Shown here one piece after another: positions 9,774 through 16,304 of a stretch of DNA of 64,000 nt (its first letter is position 1; each line of letters begins with the position of its first letter). The notes below the pieces were generated by a model. The model searched no databases and was not told the origin of the DNA. It was given only the letters and a program-made list of their open reading frames with translations. The stretch is from a bacterium (GTDB lineage: Bacteria; Sysuimicrobiota; Sysuimicrobiia; Sysuimicrobiales; Kaftiobacteriaceae): the NCBI GenBank assembly GCA_035292085.1, contig DATDQT010000124.1, positions 3,434 to 67,433 of the forward strand. Direction: 5' to 3'. Both the position numbers and the translations under genes were made by a program.

Positions 9774-9781
9774 CGCATGAT

Positions 9782-10951
9782 TCAGCCTACCTCTACCACC
9801 AGACAACTCAGGTACCGCGTCTCCGGCATCGCCGGATGCACCGGATGGTCGCGCGCCTGTCCCCGCGACTCGATCAGCCGCACGGCGCGCCGTGCATCGG
9901 CAGCCGCGGCGCCGACAATCTGCTGCAGCAGCGCGTCGCCCACGTGATAGGAGCACGAGCACGTCAGGAGGATGCCACCGGGCCGCAGCAGCTTCAGGGC
10001 GCGCAGGTTGAGTTCTTTGTACCCCGCGCTGGCCCGTTCCACCGCCTCCTTCGTCGGCGCGAACGGCGGCGGGTCGAGGATCACCACGTCGTACGACGCC
10101 TTCTCCGTGACCAGCCGGCGCAGTTCGTCAAAGGCATTGGCCTCGACAAACTCGCAGACCGAGTCCACGCCGTTGAGCGCCGCGTTGGCCCGTGCCAGAT
10201 GCAGCGCATCCGCTGAGCTGTCGATGCCGGTGACGCGGCGCGCCCCGGCCAGCGCGGCGTGGACGGCGAACCCGCCCGTGTAGCAGAACACGTCGAGGAC
10301 CTCGGCATCCCGCACGTACGGCGCGAGGGCCGTCCGGTTCTCCCGCTGGTCGAGGTAAAACCCGGTCTTCTGGCCGGCGGCGACGTCGACAGAGAAGCGG
10401 GCGGGCTCCTGAATCTCGATGACTGGATCTGCCGTCCCGCGCAGCCACCCACGACGGGGATCCAATCCTTCGAGACGGCGTACGGTGGCGTCGTTGCGCT
10501 CATAGATCGCCTGGGGGTGCACGAGGTCCATCAGCAGGTCGGCCAGCATCTCCTTCCGCCGGTCCATCCCCAGGGCCAGTGTCTGGAGGACCAGCACCTC
10601 CCCATACCGGTCGACGATCAGACCAGGCAAGAAGTCGCCCTCGCTATAGATGAGGCGATAGGCGGTCGTACCGTGAACGAATCGCTGCCGGTAGGTCACG
10701 GCGCTGCCTATCCGGCGGCGCCAGAAGGCGTCGTCGATGGGCTCGGGCTGGGTGGTCAGCGCGCGGACGGCAAGGCTGGAGGCGGGGTTGATGAACCCGC
10801 GGCCAAGCCATTTGCCGCGCAGGGTCCGGATGTCGACGATCCCCCCGTCTTCGGGCTTCCCTTCGAGGCGGGCGATCTCGCCACTGAAGATCCACAGGTA
10901 GCCCGCCGTGATGCGGGCGTCTTTGTCGGGTTTGAGGAAGACGGTTGGCAA
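9782..10951 (-). CDS. rlmI: Class I SAM-dependent rRNA (cytosine-C5) methyltransferase, RlmI/YwbD-like with PUA domain
   Basis: 389 aa. N-terminus [26 protein letters not shown] motif DVFCYTGGF, catalytic region VILDPPPFA. Confidence 0.75.
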   Translation of the reverse strand: MPTVFLKPDKDARITAGYLWIFSGEIARLEGKPEDGGIVDIRTLRGKWLGRGFINPASSLAVRALTTQPEPIDDAFWRRRIGSAVTYRQRFVHGTTAYRLIYSEGDFLPGLIVDRYGEVLVLQTLALGMDRRKEMLADLLMDLVHPQAIYERNDATVRRLEGLDPRRGWLRGTADPVIEIQEPARFSVDVAAGQKTGFYLDQRENRTALAPYVRDAEVLDVFCYTGGFAVHAALAGARRVTGIDSSADALHLARANAALNGVDSVCEFVEANAFDELRRLVTEKASYDVVILDPPPFAPTKEAVERASAGYKELNLRALKLLRPGGILLTCSCSYHVGDALLQQIVGAAAADARRAVRLIESRGQARDHPVHPAMPETRYLSCLVVEVG

Positions 10952-10959
10952 GAAGATCG

Positions 10960-12228
10960 CTAGAACAGCGTGGTCTGCGCGGGCTCCTCGACTCTCTTCG
11001 ACGGCTCGCCCGGACGTTCCGGGGGAACCTCGCCCTCGCCGAAGATGTGGATCTCGCCGTAGGTCCCGTCGTAGCCGGGCTTGATCTCCACGCGGCCCTC
11101 ACGCACACGAGCCACCCCCTCGACGATTTTCGGCGGAGCATGTTTGGCGAGTTCGTCCAGCGGCAGGTCGAGCAGGATGGCAAACTCCCCGCCCAGCCGG
11201 GCACAGAGTTTGAAATATTCCTCGCGGACGCCGCCGGTGCCGGGCTGCGCGCCCATTGCTTCGGCGATGATCTCCTCCAGGGGGATGAGGTTGCGGTACG
11301 GGACCGCCCCGGCCGGCACGTAGCCGTCCTCCCGATCGGCCAGGTCTTCCACGCGGTGCATCACGCCAACCGTCAGCGGGCGCTTGCAGACCGGGCAGCG
11401 GTCGCCCAGCGCCTTGCTCTCCTTCGGCGTGAGCCGGGTGTTGCAGTTGCGGTGGCCGTCGTAGTGGTACTTTCCTTCTTCCGGAAAGAACTCAACCGTG
11501 TAGAGGAACTTGCTGGTGTCTTTCTCGCGCAGAATCCGCATCAGTTCGAAGTAGTCGGGCTCGGCTTCGAAGACGTTCGCTTCCCGGCCCAGCTTCGCGG
11601 GTGAGTGAGCGTCGGAATTGCTGACCAGCATCACCCGGTCCAGCTGCGACAACCGCCAGTTCATCGGCGGATCGCTGCTCAACCCGGTCTCGACCGCGGC
11701 GATGTGGCGCAGCTGGTCCCCGAAGCATTCCTGCAGCGAATCGAAGCCGGAATTGGACCCGAACAGGCTGAACCACGGCGTCCACGCGTGCGCGGGGACA
11801 ATCATGCAGTCGGGAGAGACCTCCATGACGTACTCGACGAGCTTGCTCGACGGCAGGGTCAGCGTCGGCCGGCCGTCGGCCATGAGCGAGCCGAACCGGC
11901 CGAGCACGGCATTGATGCGTTCGACGACCTCCAGCGACGGGGCGAGGATGATGTTGTGGATCTTGCGCAGACGGCCGCCCTGCGGGTAGATGTTGCTGAC
12001 CTCCACGGTCAGCATGAAGTGGATGCCGCCGAAGGTGTAGAGGCCCCGGTCGTTCGGTTTGAGTTTGAGCTTCAGTTCGCGGAACCAGATGGGATGGGTG
12101 AAGTCGCCGGTGCCGACGACGGTGATGCCCTTGATCTTGCACCACCGCGCCATGTTCTCCACGTCCATCTCCCGGCTCGTTGCCCTGCTGTACTTGGAGT
12201 GGAGGTGGACGTCGGCGATGACACGCAT
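10960..12228 (-). CDS. Endonuclease Q-like PHP-domain nuclease with zinc ribbon (TIGR00375-type)
   Basis: DVHLHSKYSRATS, PAHAWTPW, SNSDAHSPAKLGREANVF, GKYHYDGH, CPVCKRPLTVGVMHRVEDL, GYDGTYGEIHIF. These blocks match the archaeal EndoQ sequence as I recall it. Confidence 0.75.
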   Translation of the reverse strand: MRVIADVHLHSKYSRATSREMDVENMARWCKIKGITVVGTGDFTHPIWFRELKLKLKPNDRGLYTFGGIHFMLTVEVSNIYPQGGRLRKIHNIILAPSLEVVERINAVLGRFGSLMADGRPTLTLPSSKLVEYVMEVSPDCMIVPAHAWTPWFSLFGSNSGFDSLQECFGDQLRHIAAVETGLSSDPPMNWRLSQLDRVMLVSNSDAHSPAKLGREANVFEAEPDYFELMRILREKDTSKFLYTVEFFPEEGKYHYDGHRNCNTRLTPKESKALGDRCPVCKRPLTVGVMHRVEDLADREDGYVPAGAVPYRNLIPLEEIIAEAMGAQPGTGGVREEYFKLCARLGGEFAILLDLPLDELAKHAPPKIVEGVARVREGRVEIKPGYDGTYGEIHIFGEGEVPPERPGEPSKRVEEPAQTTLF

Positions 12229-12240
12229 GGAGAGAGTTTC

Positions 12241-12315
12241 GGCGGTAAGGGGGGTGGGGCCTTTTCCCTGACTGCACTACACAGGGAACCCTTTGGTCCC
12301 ACCCCCCTTACCGCC
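12241..12315 (+). repeat. Family A hairpin element A1
   Basis: 18-bp perfect arms GGCGGTAAGGGGGGTGGG / CCCACCCCCCTTACCGCC flank GCC + 33-nt apical module TTTTCCCTGACTGCACTACACAGGGAACCCTTT + GGT. Confidence 0.9.
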
Positions 12316-12336
12316 TTCATGATGGTTGGATTTTTT

Positions 12337-12415
12337 GGTGGGAGGGGCGGGGCGGAGCCTCTCCCCGAAGGCCACTTCACAGGGACCCGTCAGGCTCCGC
12401 CCCGCCCCTCCCACC
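12337..12415 (+). repeat. Family A hairpin element A2
   Basis: 23-bp perfect arms GGTGGGAGGGGCGGGGCGGAGCC / GGCTCCGCCCCGCCCCTCCCACC flank the 33-nt module TCTCCCCGAAGGCCACTTCACAGGGACCCGTCA. Confidence 0.9.
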
Positions 12416-13663
12416 CCCAAGGAGACCATCCGTCCAGAGAGACTGAAGTCCGACAATCGCCAGCCTAAGCGTCATCTTGGTCAGGGGCCAAGCGGAGCGA
12501 CGGTGGAGGGCCTGGCGGAGCACCGGAACCAGCAGGCGCGACTGGTAGGCCGTATCCCCATGGACCTCGAGCGTCTGCCGTACCTCGTCGACGTTCGCCA
12601 GCGCGGCGACCACCGCATTGAGGTCCACATCGCTCATCCGGTTCAAAACAGTACGCACCATGGACGTGAACCGCAGTTCCCGCCCAAATCGCCGGCGCCA
12701 CCGGCGCTCGTACTCGGTCAGCGCCGCACGGCGACCGCCGGCATAGGCCGCCGCGGCGCCCGCGGCCAGCTGTCCTCCGATCAAGGAAAAGTAGATCCCG
12801 CCTCCGCTGGTGGCCTTCACGTGACCGGCCGCGTCCCCGGCGACGATCATCCCGTCGGTCGTGCTGCGGTGGCGGCGGCTGATCACGGGGATCGGCCCGG
12901 CCAGTTTCTGTTCGATGACGGCGCGGCGGAGGCGGCGGGAGGCAACCGGGTGTTCGCGGATGAGACGCTCGAGATAGTAGAGCGGCGCCCGCGGCGCAAA
13001 TGCCGGGTCTACGCACAGCCCGACGCGTCCCCGGCCTGGCCCGATGGGCATCAGCCACGCAAAGAACCCGGGCGAGGACGACGTTCCCAGGTACACTTCG
13101 GGGCAGTCGTTACCGTCCAGGTCGACGCCGCTCATCTGGTACTGCAGCCCCATGACCGACCGACGGGGCAAATCCAGTCCCAGGGTGCGCGGCAGGACGG
13201 GCCTGGCCCCCTCGGCATCGATGACTACCCGGGCCGTGGCCGCGTAGGACCGCCCCGCGCGTTCTCCGGTGACCCGGATCGTTCCGTTCAGCCGTTCCGC
13301 GGCGCGGAGGCGAGTCCCCACCACGAGTTCGGCGCCCTCCTCCTGTGCCTGGACTGCCAGCCAGCGGTCGAACACGCCGCGGTCGACGACGTGCGAATCC
13401 GGCCGGGCGCGGCGGACTCGGGCGACGGCCCCGTTCGGCGCATAGAACCTGCCGGCCTGGAGCGTGTTCAGGATCAGGTGCGACGGGAGATTGAATTCGC
13501 GAAATGCGTGGAGCTGGAGTTTCCCCGAACAGTGGATGGGCGTCCCGACTTCGCGGTGCTCCTCGATCAATGCGGTCCGCAGTCCGAGCCGGGCGGCGGA
13601 CAGAGCAGCCATGCCCCCGGCGGGGCCGGCGCCGACCACGATGACATCATAATTCGGTGGCAT
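12377..13663 (-). CDS. Geranylgeranyl reductase family FAD-dependent oxidoreductase
   Basis: ATG at 13663 after AGAGGAGA. MPPNYDVIVVGAGPAGG dinucleotide-binding motif. The last 13 codons are encoded by hairpin element A2. Confidence 0.75.
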   Translation of the reverse strand: MPPNYDVIVVGAGPAGGMAALSAARLGLRTALIEEHREVGTPIHCSGKLQLHAFREFNLPSHLILNTLQAGRFYAPNGAVARVRRARPDSHVVDRGVFDRWLAVQAQEEGAELVVGTRLRAAERLNGTIRVTGERAGRSYAATARVVIDAEGARPVLPRTLGLDLPRRSVMGLQYQMSGVDLDGNDCPEVYLGTSSSPGFFAWLMPIGPGRGRVGLCVDPAFAPRAPLYYLERLIREHPVASRRLRRAVIEQKLAGPIPVISRRHRSTTDGMIVAGDAAGHVKATSGGGIYFSLIGGQLAAGAAAAYAGGRRAALTEYERRWRRRFGRELRFTSMVRTVLNRMSDVDLNAVVAALANVDEVRQTLEVHGDTAYQSRLLVPVLRQALHRRSAWPLTKMTLRLAIVGLQSLWTDGLLGGGRGGAEPDGSL

Positions 13664-13739
13664 CACGTCTCCTCTTTCGTGGAACTCCCCGCTCACCCTA
13701 CCCTCCTGAGGGTGTGTACGTTGTAGAATTGAGGTCACC

Positions 13740-14309
13740 ATGCGCCGAATCATCATCGCCGGATTGGTCCTCATCTTCACCGCGCTGCCGTCCGCGTACG
13801 GTCAAGCGACGTTCAAGCGGGGCACGCTGACGCTTGTCCAGGGACCCACCCGCGTCGTGCTGCAGGTGGAAGTTGCCGATACGCCACCGTCACGGGCGCA
13901 GGGCCTGATGTTTCGCAAATCACTCCCCGACCTCGCTGGGATGCTCTTCATCTTTGAGGAGGAGCAGCGCTGGTCATTCTGGATGAAGAACACGCTGATT
14001 CCCCTCTCGATCGGCTTCTTCGACGCGCAGTGGCGCCTGGTGGACATCAAGGACATGAAAGTGGCGCCGGATCCGGCCAAGGGTCCATTCGATTACTACG
14101 GGTCCGCCCTGCCGGCCATCTACGCGCTCGAAGTCAACCTGTGCTTCTTCAAACGGCATGGGCTCAACCGCTGGGTCTGGCGGGATGGCAAACTGGTCTC
14201 GGCGGGCGCCAAGGGCGTCTTCGCCCTCACACAGGGGTCGGCGCCTCCACGAACGACAGGGCACACGAGTACCACCGCCGCCGCACCGCCCATGTGCGCG
14301 GGGCAGTAA
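13740..14309 (+). CDS. DUF192-family secreted protein
   Basis: Signal-like N-terminus MRRIIIAGLVLIFTALPSAYG. DUF192-like RAQGLMFR...GMLFIF...FWMKNTLIPLSIGFFD. Confidence 0.6.
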   Translation: MRRIIIAGLVLIFTALPSAYGQATFKRGTLTLVQGPTRVVLQVEVADTPPSRAQGLMFRKSLPDLAGMLFIFEEEQRWSFWMKNTLIPLSIGFFDAQWRLVDIKDMKVAPDPAKGPFDYYGSALPAIYALEVNLCFFKRHGLNRWVWRDGKLVSAGAKGVFALTQGSAPPRTTGHTSTTAAAPPMCAGQ

Positions 14310-14369
14310 CCGCCGGCGGCTTTTCCACATCGTCCACGCTATCCACAAACTGGGAACGGAAGTTCCGCC

Positions 14370-14399
14370 TTGACCACGCTTGCGGGGCCGTGTTAGAAA
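14370..14399 (+). promoter_or_regulatory. Candidate promoter for the nadE operon (TTGACC-N18-TGtTAGAAA)
   Basis: TTGACC at 14370-14375 and extended -10 TGTTAGAAA at 14391-14399. Leaves a leader of about 150 nt. Confidence 0.45.
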
Positions 14400-14555
14400 G
14401 ATACTCGCCAGCGGAAAGCGGATTGTTCGAGATGGGAGGAGGTACCGCTCGTCTTCGGCGCTTCGGCGCCGGAGGAGCGCGGCAACCCGGCCTAACTCAG
14501 CAGGAGCGCACCCGCTGGCGCTGTTTCTCCTCCCCCGCGCTATACTTTTCCTGGT

Positions 14556-16304
14556 ATGTTCCGCGTCGCCATGGCCCAAATCAATACGACGGTGGGGGAT
14601 CTGGAAGGCAATACCCGCCGCATCTGCGAGGCCATTGACCGCTCGCGCGATCTCGAGGCCGACCTCGTCTGCTTCCCCGAGCTCGCCGTCACGGGGTACC
14701 CGCCCGAAGACCTGCTGCTGAAACCCGACGTCGTCCGGGGCAACCTGGCCGCAGTAGAAGAGATCACCCGCCGGACCCAGGGGATCGCAGCCGTGGTGGG
14801 GTTCGTGGACCAGGAGACCCACCTCTACAACGCCGCGGCGGTCCTGGCCGACGGGGAGCGGGTCGGGATCTACCACAAACAGCGGCTGCCCAATTACGGG
14901 GTATTCGATGAGAAGCGCTACTTCCAGCCCGGGCGGGAGGGTCTCGTCTGTGTGATCCGCGGCGTCCCGGTGGGGGTAACCGTCTGCGAGGACATCTGGG
15001 CGCCGGGGGGGACCTGCCAGGCGGAGGCCGCGGCGGGGGCGCTGGTGGTCATCAACATCAACGGCTCCCCCTATCACGCCGGGAAGTGGCGCCAGCGCGC
15101 GGAAATGCTGCGGACGCGCGCGCGCGACTACAGCATCATCCTTTGCTACAACAACCTCGTCGGCGGCCAAGACGAACTGGTCTTCGACGGCATGGGGATG
15201 GTGTTCGACCACACCGGCAATCTGCTCGCGCGCGGCAGGCAGTTCGAAGAAGACCTGATCCTCTGCGACGTGGATCCCGAAGCCGTCCGCCGCCACCGCC
15301 GGTTCGCTCCCGTCGGCCCGGCCGCCGGCGAGGAGGGCACGGTTCCGGTGACGACTATTCCGTTCTCCGGCCCGCGCGGGGAGCGGCGGGGGCCGGTCCA
15401 CCCGGAGATTGTCCCCGCCCTGGAACCGTCGGCGGAGATCTACGCCGCCCTGGTCCTGGGCACCCGCGACTACGTGCGGAAGAACGGGTTCCGCCACGTC
15501 ATCGTTGGCCTGTCCGGCGGGATCGATTCCTCGCTCGTAGCGACAATCGCCGTCGATGCGCTGGGCAGCGACTACGTGCATGTCGCCTGGATGCCCTCCC
15601 AGTACAGTTCGGACGAGAGCCGGCGCTACGCGCAGGAGGTTGCCTCGAATCTCGGCACCGAGGTCACCGCATTGGGGATCGACGGAGTCTTCCAGGCCTT
15701 CTTGCAGACCCTGCGCGAGGCGTTCGCCGGCCGGACGCCGGATACGACGGAAGAGAACATCCAGGCGCGGATCCGCGGCACGCTGCTGATGGCGCTGTCG
15801 AACAAGTTCGGCTGGCTCGTGCTCACGACGGGGAACAAGAGCGAGCTGAGCGTGGGCTACGCCACCCTTTACGGGGACATGGCCGGCGGGTTCGCGGTGA
15901 TCAAGGACGTGCCGAAGACCGTCGTCTACGAACTGGCACGCTGGCGCAACACGACCGCGCCGGTCATTCCCGAAGGCGTGATCACGCGCGTCCCGACGGC
16001 CGAGCTGCGGCCGGGCCAGAAAGACACCGACACGCTGCCGCCGTACGAGATCCTCGATCCCGTGCTGCGGCTCTACGTGGAGGAAGATACCCCACCGCAG
16101 GAGATCGTCGCCGCCGGGTATCCGGCCGATCTCGTCAGCAAGGTCGTCGCGATGGTGGACCGCAACGAGTACAAGCGCCGGCAGGCCCCGCCGGGCATCA
16201 AGATCACGCCCAAGGCCTTCGGCAAAGACCGCCGGCTTCCAATCACGAACTGGTACCGGAGCACCGTCCGCACGCCAGAACTCATCCGGCCTGACGATCG
16301 ATGA
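14556..16304 (+). CDS. nadE: Glutamine-dependent NAD+ synthetase (nitrilase-type glutaminase + ATP pyrophosphatase domains)
   Basis: 582 aa. MFRVAMAQINTTVGDLEGN, CFPELAVTGYPPEDL, GLSGGIDSS (SGGxDS). Confidence 0.9.
   Translation: MFRVAMAQINTTVGDLEGNTRRICEAIDRSRDLEADLVCFPELAVTGYPPEDLLLKPDVVRGNLAAVEEITRRTQGIAAVVGFVDQETHLYNAAAVLADGERVGIYHKQRLPNYGVFDEKRYFQPGREGLVCVIRGVPVGVTVCEDIWAPGGTCQAEAAAGALVVININGSPYHAGKWRQRAEMLRTRARDYSIILCYNNLVGGQDELVFDGMGMVFDHTGNLLARGRQFEEDLILCDVDPEAVRRHRRFAPVGPAAGEEGTVPVTTIPFSGPRGERRGPVHPEIVPALEPSAEIYAALVLGTRDYVRKNGFRHVIVGLSGGIDSSLVATIAVDALGSDYVHVAWMPSQYSSDESRRYAQEVASNLGTEVTALGIDGVFQAFLQTLREAFAGRTPDTTEENIQARIRGTLLMALSNKFGWLVLTTGNKSELSVGYATLYGDMAGGFAVIKDVPKTVVYELARWRNTTAPVIPEGVITRVPTAELRPGQKDTDTLPPYEILDPVLRLYVEEDTPPQEIVAAGYPADLVSKVVAMVDRNEYKRRQAPPGIKITPKAFGKDRRLPITNWYRSTVRTPELIRPDDR

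Noticed and set aside
9531-9781. Calling the leader a c-di-AMP (ydaO-type) riboswitch because darA lies in the operon, or calling it a T-box.
   Set aside because: I found only an isolated GGACCCA. The paired ACGGGG...CCCA pseudo-symmetric cores, the ...ACAGCUAACC... segment and the T-box sequence are all absent. It is kept only as an unclassified structured leader.
9531-9962. N-terminal extension of the Ycf45-like ORF to 9962. Analogous extensions occur at 5015-5314, 41800-42192, 47905-48360 and 45415-45465.
   Set aside because: The extensions overlap neighbouring genes or leaders and lack homology-like sequence. Internal starts with Shine-Dalgarno support or family-typical N-termini exist.
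12241-12415. Interpreting the family A hairpins as ordinary Rho-independent terminators.
   Set aside because: No U-tract follows the stems on either strand. The only T-run (12331-12336) precedes A2 on the plus strand, and the conserved apical module is not explained by terminator function.
14434-14534. Calling the nadE leader an NAD+ riboswitch (nadA or pnuC motif).
   Set aside because: A CAACCC stretch is present, but I cannot reproduce the conserved tandem-domain consensus from memory with confidence. This needs an Infernal scan.
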